The translations under genes were made by a program, and so were the position numbers. DNA of 64,000 nt, from sequence record GQ981382; one strand, written 5' to 3'. This document shows positions 1-8,656 of the stretch, in pieces. The notes beneath the pieces were generated by a model that had not been told where the DNA came from, ran no database searches, and saw only the letters and a list, made by a program, of their open reading frames with translations. The DNA comes from Shigella phage SP18. How positions within the stretch are numbered: position 1 is the stretch's first letter; each line of letters starts with the position of its first letter.

Positions 1-761
1 AAAGCACTGTTACAGTGGAACTGGCCCAGGACCTGGAAGCAAACGGTTTTGACGCTCCAAACTTCCTGGAAGACCTGTTAGCTACCGAAATGGCTGATGA
101 AATTAACAAAGATATCCTGCAATCCCTGGTAACAGTTTCCAAGCGTTATAAAGTTGCTGGGCTATGTGATGATGGCCTGATTGACCTGTCTTATACTAAC
201 TCTCCGGAAGCTTCACGCAAGTTGTACGAAATCATGTGTGAGATGGTCTCCCATATTCAGCGGGCAACTTCTTACACCGCAACATACGTTGTTGCTTCTA
301 CGCGTGTAGCTGCAGTTTTGGCTGGTTCCGGTTGGTTGAAGCATCGTCCACAAGATGAGAAATATCTCTCCGATAATGCGTATGGTTTCTTGGATAATGG
401 TCTACCGCTTTATTGCGATACGAACACTCCATTTGATTATGTGACTGTTGGTGTTAAAGAAGATTTCGGTGGGAAAGAGATGGTGGGTTCACTGTTTTAT
501 GCACCTTATACCGAAGGTCTTGACCTGGAAGACCCTGAACATGTTGGTTCGTTCAAAGTTGTCGTTGACCCAGAAAGTTTGCAGCCGTCTATTGCATTAA
601 TGGTTCGTTATGCGTTAGCAGCTAACCCTTATACAGTGACTGCTGATGATAAACAAGCTCGTATTATTGATGCAACAAATATGGATTTGATGGCAGGACG
701 TTCAGATATGTCTGTACTGCTTGGTGTGAAACTTCCTAAAGTTCTGACTGAAATAAATTAA
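1..761 (+). CDS. 24: capsid vertex protein gp24 (gp23 paralog), C-terminal part; 5' end outside window
   Basis: Frame is open to the window edge. Translation (ELAQDLEANGFDAPNFLEDLLATEMADEINKD ... YAPYTEGLDLEDPEHVGSFKVVVDPESLQ) matches T4 gp24 as I recall it, not gp23. Followed by a terminator and convergent rnlB, as in T4. Confidence 0.8.
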   Translation, partial: STVTVELAQDLEANGFDAPNFLEDLLATEMADEINKDILQSLVTVSKRYKVAGLCDDGLIDLSYTNSPEASRKLYEIMCEMVSHIQRATSYTATYVVASTRVAAVLAGSGWLKHRPQDEKYLSDNAYGFLDNGLPLYCDTNTPFDYVTVGVKEDFGGKEMVGSLFYAPYTEGLDLEDPEHVGSFKVVVDPESLQPSIALMVRYALAANPYTVTADDKQARIIDATNMDLMAGRSDMSVLLGVKLPKVLTEIN

Positions 762-790
762 AAAGGGACCTTCGGGTCCCTTTATTTTTA
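762..790. terminator. bidirectional rho-independent terminator hairpin (GGGACCTTCGGGTCCC) with flanking A/T runs
   Basis: Perfect GC-rich stem with TTCG loop, between convergent gp24 and rnlB. Confidence 0.75.
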
Positions 791-1795
791 TTCACTAACT
801 AATGCAATCCAAACATGTCTTAATGTTTCTCTTACATTTGCGATGAGTTGCTTTTTAACTTCAACAGGATTTTCCGTCAGAGACAATTCAAGACCTTCGC
901 GCCCCGCTTCTTCCAGAATATCTTGGACTGTTAACCCCATTACCTTTCCAAAATCCTTCGGTGTTACTTCCCCAATTTTACTGATAACATTGTTGATACG
1001 GTTAACAGTCACATAATCAGTGAAATTCCACAGTAAATCCATATCATTTTGGCTCAGAACCACTGCAGCCTTAATAGGCTTATCAGACTTTTTCTTTTCA
1101 CTGAATTTAGAGTTCTTACATTTAATCGCCACACGCTCGCCGTTAGGTAACCAGGCAGGAACATCAGGTTTTAATACAAATCCTTCAGCAGTGAATACTT
1201 TACCTTCCACCTTTGCATCAAAATCAGTGGTATTTGCTGTAGTCAATCCTGCGTTATCCACTGTAAAATTGTAATCAGGGACCACAGAATCCAGGTCATT
1301 AGGTAGCTTAATTAATTCTTCAAAACTACCTGTAGCCAGGCGCGGGGCAACTTTAAACTTATGAATAATACAAAAGGCTTCCATAAGTGTGTCAGTCAGG
1401 ACGGATTCAGAGCCATCTTCCTTAGTAACGCGGATATCAAACACATAGAAATCTTTATCGCCGTAATTCACATTCTTCTGAATACCTGTACCAGCAAACT
1501 CACCATAAATCTGATATGCCTGGTAATTAATATCCTGCAAAAGTTTCTGCACAGATTTAATAGAATCTACGTAGTTCTTTAATACAATTTCATAACCATA
1601 GAAATCTTCTGCAGGTAGGATAGGTCCAGTGCGTTTCGCGCATGTCACATTGTCTTGTTCAATAATTAATGAAAAATTGGTACCATGAATTTTCTCGCGG
1701 GCTACCCATTCACCGCTGGTGAAGCCTTGTAGGCGAATTTTTTCAATGAATTTGTTGTTATAGTGATTTTCAAGGCTGTTATATTTCTTAAACAT
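788..1795 (-). CDS. rnlB: RNA ligase 2 (Rnl2)
   Basis: 335 aa; N-terminus [24 protein letters not shown] with the ligase KxHG nucleotidyltransferase motif; near-colinear with T4 Rnl2. Confidence 0.92.
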   Translation of the reverse strand: MFKKYNSLENHYNNKFIEKIRLQGFTSGEWVAREKIHGTNFSLIIEQDNVTCAKRTGPILPAEDFYGYEIVLKNYVDSIKSVQKLLQDINYQAYQIYGEFAGTGIQKNVNYGDKDFYVFDIRVTKEDGSESVLTDTLMEAFCIIHKFKVAPRLATGSFEELIKLPNDLDSVVPDYNFTVDNAGLTTANTTDFDAKVEGKVFTAEGFVLKPDVPAWLPNGERVAIKCKNSKFSEKKKSDKPIKAAVVLSQNDMDLLWNFTDYVTVNRINNVISKIGEVTPKDFGKVMGLTVQDILEEAGREGLELSLTENPVEVKKQLIANVRETLRHVWIALVSE

Positions 1796-1892
1796 ATTCT
1801 CTCACTTTTGATGTTATAAATATCATTATAAATTAGACCCACTATACTTTCTTTCTCTGAAAGGAATTAATAGTTGCAAAGGGTCTAGAACC

Positions 1893-1920
1893 ATTATACC
1901 GCATTTTTATTTGAAGCAAA
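1893..1920 (-). promoter_or_regulatory. middle-promoter-like site upstream of rnlB (MotA box TTTGCTTCA, ~13 bp, TATAAT)
   Basis: Minus strand reads tttGCTTCAaataaaaatgcggTATAATggttctagaccc; matches T4 MotA-dependent promoter architecture. Confidence 0.5.
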
Positions 1921-1925
1921 AAGGG

Positions 1926-2189
1926 TCAGAATTTTACATACAGCATTGGCTTGGATTCTTGCCAATCATAATTCCAGGTAAAAGATGTAAATTTTTCTGC
2001 TCGCAGAAATTCAGATATCTTTGTGCGGTTTCCTTCTTCATACTCTTTTTCAGAAACTGCCATATTAACAGCATCTTTGCCATTTTCAGCGGCGGCAATA
2101 GCCACTTTGCGAAATATAGAAATAAAGTCATTTGCAACTTTATCTTGTGACTCTTTGGCTATTTGGCGTAGTTCTTCTGCGAATGTCAT
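1926..2189 (-). CDS. hypothetical small protein (T4 24.2-like position)
   Basis: 87 aa ORF with AGGTGA Shine-Dalgarno; start overlaps stop of upstream gene. Confidence 0.55.
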   Translation of the reverse strand: MTFAEELRQIAKESQDKVANDFISIFRKVAIAAAENGKDAVNMAVSEKEYEEGNRTKISEFLRAEKFTSFTWNYDWQESKPMLYVKF

Positions 2190-2389
2190 TTCTTCACCTT
2201 TTTGTTATTCAAACGTTTACGATAAACAATCTTTTCTTTCGCTTTAAATTTAGCTTTAGCTTGCTCTACATCAACCCAGGCCTTTGCCATCTCTTTAGCA
2301 GTCCCGCCTAATACCTTGGCGATTTCAATAAATGTCATACCAGATTCATGCAGAAAATGTACTTTAACCTTATCCATAATGATTCTCAT
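2186..2389 (-). CDS. hypothetical small basic protein, possible helix-turn-helix (T4 24.3-like position)
   Basis: 67 aa ORF, lysine-rich C-terminus; translationally coupled to downstream ORF. Confidence 0.5.
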   Translation of the reverse strand: MRIIMDKVKVHFLHESGMTFIEIAKVLGGTAKEMAKAWVDVEQAKAKFKAKEKIVYRKRLNNKKVKK

Positions 2390-2474
2390 GTTGAGTTAGT
2401 GAAGCTATCTTAACATGGAATTTTTAACTTGTAAACAGGGTTTTTATGCCAGGCAACGCTTGCCCAGTACCATA

Positions 2475-2505
2475 AAAAATAAAGGGACCTTCGGGTCCCT
2501 TTTTA
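2475..2505. terminator. bidirectional terminator hairpin (AGGGACCTTCGGGTCCCT)
   Basis: Same hairpin sequence as at 762-790; lies downstream of hoc on the minus strand, flanked by A8 and T4 runs. Confidence 0.7.
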
Positions 2506-2506
2506 A

Positions 2507-3355
2507 TTAATAAACGTAATCGTATATAATACCAGCTTCTAAAGCGGTGCGATGAATAATTCGACCATTACGAGATTCTTGTACATCAACCTCTGGATAG
2601 TCGGTAATCATTTTTTGAAGGGTATATCGGTGCAAATAATATGGGCTATCTGGAGCATCAGTTTTCCAGTCTTGTCCAGCAAGAGTCATTTTCTGAATTT
2701 CGTCCATAACCCACCAACCACACCAGATATAAGCTGAATTACGAACTGGCAGCGGATGAACGTAAGGTAATTCGCCATCTGGAACTGGTGCGACTTTAGC
2801 CGTGACTGTTACATTACCAGTTTTTGTGACAGTCACCGGGTCATAATCAGTCGCCGAAACCACAACAGAAACTTCAATAACCTGTGAACCTTCAGCGCTT
2901 GTATCGATTACCAGAGTATCCGTGGTGCCAACTACAGGAGAACCGTCTTTCTTCCAAGAATAGGCAAAAGTAGCATCACCAGGTGCGCCAACTACATCCG
3001 CTTTAAAAGAAGCCGGAGTACCTTCCTGAACATTAATTGATTCTGGGGTTAATGTCACAGAAACATCAGACATAGTTTTATTCTGGATAGTTAAAGTCGT
3101 CTCAGCTTCAGCTGTTTCTGGTTCGCCGTCCGCTGGTGTAGTTGTTGCAACAACTTTAATAGTCTTGCTACCTGCTGGACCAACAGCAACATAATCCATT
3201 GCAGCAGTCACAGAAGATTGAGGAACACCATCAACGGTCCAGACAAATGATTCGGTACCTTCAGCTGCAGCACCGGAACCGGTTGCAGTGAAATTGGTTG
3301 TTGCTCCAATAACGGCCGTAGCCGCCAAAGGAGCAATATCTACGGTATAAGCCAT
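2507..3355 (-). CDS. hoc: Hoc, highly immunogenic outer capsid protein (Ig-like domains)
   Basis: 282 aa; C-terminal LPYVHPLP..AYIWCGWWVMDEIQKMT..YYLHRYTLQKM..PEVDVQESRNG..IH.TALE.GIIY matches the T4 Hoc capsid-binding domain; Ig-like repeats upstream. Confidence 0.88.
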   Translation of the reverse strand: MAYTVDIAPLAATAVIGATTNFTATGSGAAAEGTESFVWTVDGVPQSSVTAAMDYVAVGPAGSKTIKVVATTTPADGEPETAEAETTLTIQNKTMSDVSVTLTPESINVQEGTPASFKADVVGAPGDATFAYSWKKDGSPVVGTTDTLVIDTSAEGSQVIEVSVVVSATDYDPVTVTKTGNVTVTAKVAPVPDGELPYVHPLPVRNSAYIWCGWWVMDEIQKMTLAGQDWKTDAPDSPYYLHRYTLQKMITDYPEVDVQESRNGRIIHRTALEAGIIYDYVY

Positions 3356-3364
3356 AATAAACCC

Positions 3365-4030
3365 TTATTTTAAAGTGACAAAAGATGAGTTACGAGTTTC
3401 TCGTACTAGAACAGACCCATTACGATTGATGTAATAAATCAAACTGAATAGAGTTTGGTGCGCGGTGGGATGTGGGAAAGCAGTTGGACGTTCTTTCCAA
3501 TCTGGAGTCTCGGCAATCCACTGATAAATCCACCATGGAACAGTACAGAATCCAGGGTTCTTACCAATAAGCATTAAATTCGGGCTAAAGTTTTTTGGCA
3601 AATCAAATACAGGTTTTTCAGATTCGATAACCTTAGCAACAGCAGCTTCGAACTTTTCTTCGACAAAAGGAACGTCCTCTTCGACCAAAACAACTGGTTC
3701 TTCGATTTCAACAACTTCAACCTTTGCTTCGGTTGGAGCATCAAATAAGAGCTTAGCTTCTTCTTTAGCTGACTCATCGCCATCAAATTTAGCACCTGAC
3801 AATTCGTCATCGGCATCGATAAGGTCAGTGATGCTCAGTCCCTCATTATCATCAGGCATGGGCATGTCAGCAAATGCTTTAAGCCCTGCTTCCAGGTCAG
3901 CCAACATATTATCAAAGGTTTTTGTTTTCTTAACATCAACACCAAGTGATGCTGCATATTCGGCTAATTTTTCTTTGGCTTCTTTTTTCTCGAGGACACG
4001 AATTTCCTCAATGTAGTTCTTGTCAATCAT
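3365..4030 (-). CDS. inh: Inh-like protein (inhibitor of prohead protease), acidic central region
   Basis: 221 aa; position between hoc and uvsW as in T4; acidic E/D-rich middle. Confidence 0.6.
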   Translation of the reverse strand: MIDKNYIEEIRVLEKKEAKEKLAEYAASLGVDVKKTKTFDNMLADLEAGLKAFADMPMPDDNEGLSITDLIDADDELSGAKFDGDESAKEEAKLLFDAPTEAKVEVVEIEEPVVLVEEDVPFVEEKFEAAVAKVIESEKPVFDLPKNFSPNLMLIGKNPGFCTVPWWIYQWIAETPDWKERPTAFPHPTAHQTLFSLIYYINRNGSVLVRETRNSSFVTLK

Positions 4031-4048
4031 GATGAACCTCGGTTAGTG

Positions 4049-4056
4049 TATAAATA
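4049..4056 (+). promoter_or_regulatory. late promoter TATAAATA upstream of uvsW
   Basis: Exact T4 late -10 consensus about 30 nt before the uvsW ATG. Confidence 0.6.
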
Positions 4057-4084
4057 TAGATATATTTATTACCTTGGAATCATC

Positions 4085-5584
4085 ATGGATATTAAAATCA
4101 ACTTTCTAAATTTTAGTCACGTGCATGTTGAATGTGAAGATGGAATCTTCTACGAACTCCGTGATTACTTCAGCTTCGAAGCTGAAAACTATCGCTTCAA
4201 TCCAAAGTTCAAGCAGGGAGTTTGGGACGGACGAATCCGCCTCCTGGATTACAATCGTAAATTACCATACGGTTTGGTTAATCAAATTAAAAAGTTCGCT
4301 GACCAGTTTGGTTATTCATTCTGGATTGACCCGCAAATCACCGAGAAAGAAGAAATCTCTCGCGAAGAATTCGACAAATGGGTTGAGTCAAAAGAAATCT
4401 ATTCAGGCAATACCAAGATAACGCCTCATTGGTATCAATCTGACGCCGTATATGACGGTCTGGTCAACAGAAGAAAGATTCTGAACTTACCTACGTCTGC
4501 AGGTAAAAGCCTCATCCAGGCGCTTCTGGCGCGATATTATCTCGAGAACTATGAAGGCAAGGTGCTTATCCTTGTTCCTACAACCGCGCTTGTTGACCAG
4601 ATGATTAATGACTTTGTTGATTATCGGCTTTTCCCTCGTGAAGCTTGTCTGGGTATTCGTTCCGGGACTAAACGCGATTCTGATGCGATGATTTATGTAT
4701 CGACTTATCAGACGGCTGTAAAACAACCTAAAGAATGGTTTGGCCAGTTTGGCCAGTTTATGAATGACGAATGCCACATGGCTACAGGTAAATCGATTTC
4801 GACGGTTATCGAAGGCCTTACGAATTGCATGTTTAAATTTGGTCTGTCAGGTTCACTCCGTGATGGCAAAGCCAACCTTATGCAATATATGGGTCTGTTT
4901 GGTGATATCTTTAAACCAGTATCAACATCCAAATTGATGGAAGATGGCCAGGTTACTGACCTTAAAATAAATAGTATTTTCCTTCGTTACCCTGATGAAT
5001 TCACTGTTAAAATGAAAGGTAAAACTTATCAGGATGAAATTAAGGTAATTACAAAAGCTACACGCCGAAATAAATGGGTAACAAATCTTGCTCTCAAGCT
5101 TGCTAAAAAAGATGAAAACGTCTTTTTGATGTTTAAGAATATCGAGCACGGTAAATCGATGTTTGAAATGCTTAAGGAAGCTGGTCATGAGAAAGTGTAT
5201 TATGTTTCCGGGGAAGTTGATACCGAAACCCGTAATGCTCTGAAGGTCATGGCAGAGAATGGAAAGGGAATTATTGTTGTAGCTTCATACGGTGTATTCT
5301 CAACGGGGATTTCCGTTAAAAACCTCCATCATATTATTTTCGCTCACCCGGTCAAGTCAAAGGTAATTGTACTCCAGACAATTGGTCGTGTGCTTCGAAA
5401 ACATGAATCCAAATCACAAGCAAACGTTTTTGATATCGTTGATGATATGGGTGTTAAACCTAAATCAGCAAATGCTAAAAAGAAATATGTTCATCTTAAC
5501 TTTGCCCTAAAACATGGCCTTGAACGTATACAACGATATGCTGATGAACGTTTTAACTATGTAATTAAACAGGTGGAAATTTGA
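4085..5584 (+). CDS. uvsW: UvsW DNA/RNA helicase (SF2, DExH)
   Basis: N-terminus MDIKINF...; Walker A LPTSAGKS, DExH motif MNDECH; colinear with T4 UvsW. Start placed at the first ATG downstream of the late promoter. Confidence 0.93.
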   Translation: MDIKINFLNFSHVHVECEDGIFYELRDYFSFEAENYRFNPKFKQGVWDGRIRLLDYNRKLPYGLVNQIKKFADQFGYSFWIDPQITEKEEISREEFDKWVESKEIYSGNTKITPHWYQSDAVYDGLVNRRKILNLPTSAGKSLIQALLARYYLENYEGKVLILVPTTALVDQMINDFVDYRLFPREACLGIRSGTKRDSDAMIYVSTYQTAVKQPKEWFGQFGQFMNDECHMATGKSISTVIEGLTNCMFKFGLSGSLRDGKANLMQYMGLFGDIFKPVSTSKLMEDGQVTDLKINSIFLRYPDEFTVKMKGKTYQDEIKVITKATRRNKWVTNLALKLAKKDENVFLMFKNIEHGKSMFEMLKEAGHEKVYYVSGEVDTETRNALKVMAENGKGIIVVASYGVFSTGISVKNLHHIIFAHPVKSKVIVLQTIGRVLRKHESKSQANVFDIVDDMGVKPKSANAKKKYVHLNFALKHGLERIQRYADERFNYVIKQVEI

Positions 5585-6272
5585 ATTATCAAAAAATATA
5601 TGATGATTTAATTGGGAGTCGAAAGGCTTCCAAACCGATTGGATACACGGAATCTCACCATATCATTCCAGAATGTATGGGTGGACCTGATACACAAGAA
5701 AACAGAGTCAACCTTACTCCGGAAGAACATTTCGTTGCGCATAAATTATTGGCCAAAATTCATCCTAATCATTACGGTCTTATAAAGGCCGTCATTGCTA
5801 TGGGTATGAGCTCTCGAACACATCAACGACAATTCAATAAATCGTATGGATGGGAGCGTAGACAAATGTCAGTTCTTCAAACTGGTGAAGGCAATCCTTT
5901 TTATGGTAAACACCATACTGAAGAACATAAAGAATATATGAGCCAATTATTAAAGGGTCGCAAAATAACTTGGGCTGATAAAATATCCGCGACAAAGAAA
6001 GCGAATCCGTATAAATACTCTCAAGCACAATGTCAAGCTATATCTGAAAGAAATAAAGGTGAAGGTAATTGGATGTATGGTAAATCACATACACCAGAAG
6101 CATCAAAGAAAATTTCAGATAAAGCAAAAGAACGTTATAAGGACCCATCCAAAAATCCTGCCGCTAAGAAAGTGGTTTTAAACGGGATTGAATATGGTTC
6201 GATGAAGCAAGCTTCTGTAGCAACGGGGCTTTCTTTATATAAAATCAGAAATTTAATTAAACAGGTGGAAAT
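5562..6272 (+). mobile_element. HNH homing-endonuclease cassette flanked by 19 bp direct repeats (taattaaacaggtggaaat at 5562-5580 and 6254-6272)
   Basis: The last 19 nt of uvsW, including an AGGTGG Shine-Dalgarno, are repeated exactly at the 3' end of the HNH ORF, restoring the ribosome-binding site of uvsW.1. Confidence 0.6.
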
Positions 6273-6276
6273 ATAA
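5581..6276 (+). CDS. HNH homing endonuclease (HNH plus NUMOD-like repeats), free-standing
   Basis: 231 aa; ESHHIIPECMGGPDTQENRVNLTPEEHFVAHKL HNH motif; repeated GNPFYGKHHTEEHK / NWMYGKSHTPEASKK repeats; TTG start overlapping the uvsW stop; paralog of the ORF at 28806-29531. Confidence 0.85.
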   Translation: MNYQKIYDDLIGSRKASKPIGYTESHHIIPECMGGPDTQENRVNLTPEEHFVAHKLLAKIHPNHYGLIKAVIAMGMSSRTHQRQFNKSYGWERRQMSVLQTGEGNPFYGKHHTEEHKEYMSQLLKGRKITWADKISATKKANPYKYSQAQCQAISERNKGEGNWMYGKSHTPEASKKISDKAKERYKDPSKNPAAKKVVLNGIEYGSMKQASVATGLSLYKIRNLIKQVEI

Positions 6277-6503
6277 TGAAATCCTTCGAAGAAATTATGT
6301 ACGAAGCATCAATTGAAGGCTTTATGGCTAAGATTGGCTCCTGTCAGACCATGGACGGTCTGAAGGAGTTGGAAGGCTATTATAAGAAACGCAGCAAAGA
6401 AGCTGAACTGAAAGATTCCGATGATATCAGTGTTCGTGACGCTCTTGCCGGTAAACGCGCCGAGCTTGAGGATATGGACGACGACGAAGACGAAGATTTC
6501 TAA
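6276..6503 (+). CDS. uvsW.1: UvsW.1-like small acidic protein
   Basis: 75 aa, acidic C-terminal tail DMDDDEDEDF; immediately downstream of uvsW as in T4. Confidence 0.7.
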   Translation: MKSFEEIMYEASIEGFMAKIGSCQTMDGLKELEGYYKKRSKEAELKDSDDISVRDALAGKRAELEDMDDDEDEDF

Positions 6504-6507
6504 ATAA

Positions 6508-6536
6508 AAAGGCCCCAACCAAAAGGAAGGGGCAAA
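6508..6536. terminator. hairpin (GCCCC...GGGGC) plus T-run on minus strand
   Basis: GC stem between convergent uvsW.1 and the small minus-strand ORF; 12 nt loop, so weaker than the other terminators. Confidence 0.4.
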
Positions 6537-6561
6537 ACCAAAAAATGGTTAACAACACTAG

Positions 6562-6729
6562 CTAAATTAAAAGTTGGGTCTCGTTCAGTTGCTCTTCTGT
6601 ATTTTCCGTAACTGGCAAACTCTGAACATAATTATAACAGGCGCCCGGATGCACCGGACCTTGGTCTGTATCCACAACCAATGCAGAATCGATTGGAGTT
6701 TTACAGACAACACAAATCTTATCTGACAT
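6562..6729 (-). CDS. small Cys-containing protein (~55 aa), uvsY.-2-like position
   Basis: Hand-translated ORF MSDKICVVCKTPIDS... with a GAGGAG Shine-Dalgarno 7 nt upstream; below the 60 aa track cutoff; coordinates approximate. Confidence 0.5.
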   Translation of the reverse strand: MSDKICVVCKTPIDSALVVDTDQGPVHPGACYNYVQSLPVTENTEEQLNETQLLI

Positions 6730-6868
6730 GATTGTCTCCTCAGTTAAACTTACATATCTATTTAGTGCTCTTCATAATAGCAGCACGAGCTTTCATCTCA
6801 TTAACAATTTCAGTTATTCGGTTTGCAGAGATAACCATCTCGTCAAGAATCTTACTAATATTTTTCAT

Positions 6869-7102
6869 TTAATTTTCCTTAAAGTATCTCATACCGGTAT
6901 CTATCCCCATATTGTGAGAATAGAACGCATCATCGATGTATCCTGCAAATTTACCTTTAACATAGATAACATCTTCACCACAAGGGTGGTCAGCGCAGAT
7001 ACGAATATCCGCACGATTCAATTTCCATTCCTTCATCATATACTTAATTTCTTCTTCGAACTCTTCGTCTTGGTTAAACGCATCGTCGATAGAATATCGC
7101 AT
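6869..7102 (-). CDS. UvsY.-1-like small protein
   Basis: 77 aa; ATG overlaps the uvsY stop (TAATG), indicating translational coupling. Confidence 0.65.
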   Translation of the reverse strand: MRYSIDDAFNQDEEFEEEIKYMMKEWKLNRADIRICADHPCGEDVIYVKGKFAGYIDDAFYSHNMGIDTGMRYFKEN

Positions 7103-7536
7103 TACTTGCCTGCCTCGAATTGTCTTATTTCTAACATATGTTTAAGTGCGAAACTTCGTGACTTAACACCATCTAATGCAGCGCTACAGAAGTCCTGGAG
7201 TAGTGCCCAATACTGAATTGAAGTATCAATCTTCAGTATGTTTGAATCTGCGGCCATGACTGTTTTCAATTCTGACTTCTCGTATACATCCATGCATACT
7301 TCTTCCCCTGGGTCACCCCTTCCTGTATAATGGTCTAGCCGTTTTTTCAGTGCAGTTTTCTTCTGAATCTCAAGACGCATTATTTCTTTCTTGCAGTTGG
7401 TATACAATCTCAACCATTTGCTATGCAACAAAACGTTGTTTTGTGTTTCATATTGAAGTTGCGTACCATCAATTTTTAAATCTGCATCCAACTCATCCTG
7501 AAAGACTTCTAACTTATATTCAATCTCTGTTTTCAT
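7102..7536 (-). CDS. uvsY: UvsY recombination mediator protein
   Basis: Translation LQYE..NNV.L.SKWL...KKE.LRLE.QKK.ALK.RLD.Y.GRGD...YEKSE.KTV..AD...LK.DTS.QYW..L.DFCS.ALD..KSR.FA.KH....FEAGK matches T4 UvsY; start taken at the in-frame ATG downstream of the promoter. Confidence 0.9.
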   Translation of the reverse strand: MKTEIEYKLEVFQDELDADLKIDGTQLQYETQNNVLLHSKWLRLYTNCKKEIMRLEIQKKTALKKRLDHYTGRGDPGEEVCMDVYEKSELKTVMAADSNILKIDTSIQYWALLQDFCSAALDGVKSRSFALKHMLEIRQFEAGK

Positions 7537-7564
7537 AATGTATCCAATGTAAGGGTCTAGAACC

Positions 7565-7590
7565 ATTATACAGCCATAAAATTAAAGCAT
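7565..7590 (-). promoter_or_regulatory. middle-promoter-like site upstream of uvsY (MotA box aaTGCTTTA, 12 bp, TATAAT); candidate oriF-like region
   Basis: Minus strand reads aaTGCTTTAattttatggctgTATAATggttctagaccc. In T4 the uvsY middle promoter is part of replication origin oriF. Confidence 0.5.
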
Positions 7591-7979
7591 TAACCGTTTT
7601 GACTTAACTGAATCCTGATTTGTTCGAGGGTGTCAGGGTCATCAACAATGCTAAACTGAACCGTTACGATAATGGAGTTATCATCATACATAGGGACAAC
7701 TGCAACCCGTAGATTGCTTATCCGTGGTTCGAAGTTCCGCACAGCGGAGACGATGTTGCGTTTAATGGTATCTGTGATTAATGGAGTGATATTCTCAAAA
7801 AGCTGATTACTTATATCACATCCAAATTCAGGCATAAAAGGCCTTGACCCTTTTCTTGTGGTGATTATTCCCAGAAGGCTGTTCTTAACAGACCTTGCGC
7901 CGGTTACTTTAGCAACGTCTTTATCCCAACTCATTGACAAGTCAGGAGACACATCGCTATACATTTTGTTTATATTCAT
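7590..7979 (-). CDS. 25: baseplate wedge subunit gp25
   Basis: 129 aa; SLLGIITTRKGSRPF.PEFGCD.S.QLFEN.TPL motif matches T4 gp25. Confidence 0.92.
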   Translation of the reverse strand: MNINKMYSDVSPDLSMSWDKDVAKVTGARSVKNSLLGIITTRKGSRPFMPEFGCDISNQLFENITPLITDTIKRNIVSAVRNFEPRISNLRVAVVPMYDDNSIIVTVQFSIVDDPDTLEQIRIQLSQNG

Positions 7980-8603
7980 TTACATAAACTTAAAGAATTC
8001 TTTAAGCCCCTTAATTACATGGACAGAATGCGCTCCACACTCGCAAGAGATAGGAATAGCCATTTGGACCTGTGGCTTGAGAAGTTCTTCCGTTAGTGCA
8101 TTTATATCATCGAGGGTAATTGCATTGTACAGGTCCTCGATTTCGGCTTCATTTAAGTCATCAACAACGATGCGCTCACCGCCTTCCGTGATAATATATT
8201 CGATACAACAAGCAATCATTTTTCCTTTATCGCCATCTTCAAACAGCCCAGGATAACGGAATTTAATTTTAAACGCCCCGAAATCACGAATAACTTCAGA
8301 CTCATCCACGATGCTTGCGCGACTTATAGTCACAGGAATATCTTGTTCCTTTCCGCACTCACATATCCATGTATGCTCGACGTTAACAGCTCCGAGACTA
8401 TTTGCCCAGAGATTAATAAGAAGCAGTTCAGCTTCCTGTTTGTTTAACCCTTTAGCATCAGTGCATTTATTAAGCAGTTCAATTATTGCAGGTTCCATAC
8501 GCTTTTCTAATTTTGCTTGAAGCAAATCTTTGTATTCGCGCAAGGTAAAAGCCCTACAATTTATAGTTTTATTTTTAATTTGGACAATAAATTCATAAGT
8601 CAT
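7980..8603 (-). CDS. 26: baseplate hub subunit gp26
   Basis: About 207 aa from the ATG with an AAGGAG Shine-Dalgarno; synteny 25-26-51 as in T4. Confidence 0.8.
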   Translation of the reverse strand: MTYEFIVQIKNKTINCRAFTLREYKDLLQAKLEKRMEPAIIELLNKCTDAKGLNKQEAELLLINLWANSLGAVNVEHTWICECGKEQDIPVTISRASIVDESEVIRDFGAFKIKFRYPGLFEDGDKGKMIACCIEYIITEGGERIVVDDLNEAEIEDLYNAITLDDINALTEELLKPQVQMAIPISCECGAHSVHVIKGLKEFFKFM

Positions 8604-8620
8604 AATTTGCTCCTTTACTG

Positions 8621-8632
8621 TATTTATAAATA
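8621..8632. promoter_or_regulatory. palindromic divergent late promoter (TATTTATAAATA) serving gp26 (-) and gp51 (+)
   Basis: TATAAATA reads on both strands within a 12 bp palindrome lying between the divergent gene 26 and gene 51 starts. Confidence 0.6.
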
Positions 8633-8656
8633 TCAATAAAGATAAAAGGGGATTCT

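Noticed and set aside
1-761. Partial capsid ORF as major capsid protein gp23
   Set aside because: The sequence (ELAQDLEANGFDAP..., YAPYTEGLDLEDPEH...) matches gp24 rather than the gp23 region I recall (IELAQDLRAVHGMDAD...), and gene order (followed by rnlB) fits gene 24.
1813-1820. Plus-strand TATAAATA between rnlB and the 24.2-like gene
   Set aside because: No plus-strand gene lies downstream and an 8-mer of this composition is expected by chance a few times in 64 kb. Possibly an antisense late promoter, but unsupported.
2407-2436. GTTTAC (18 bp) TAAGAT early-promoter-like site upstream of the 24.3-like gene
   Set aside because: The -10 hexamer is weak (TAAGAT); not reported as a feature.
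6728-7216. 162 aa plus-strand ORF across uvsY / uvsY.-1
   Set aside because: Antisense to two well-supported minus-strand genes; no start context.
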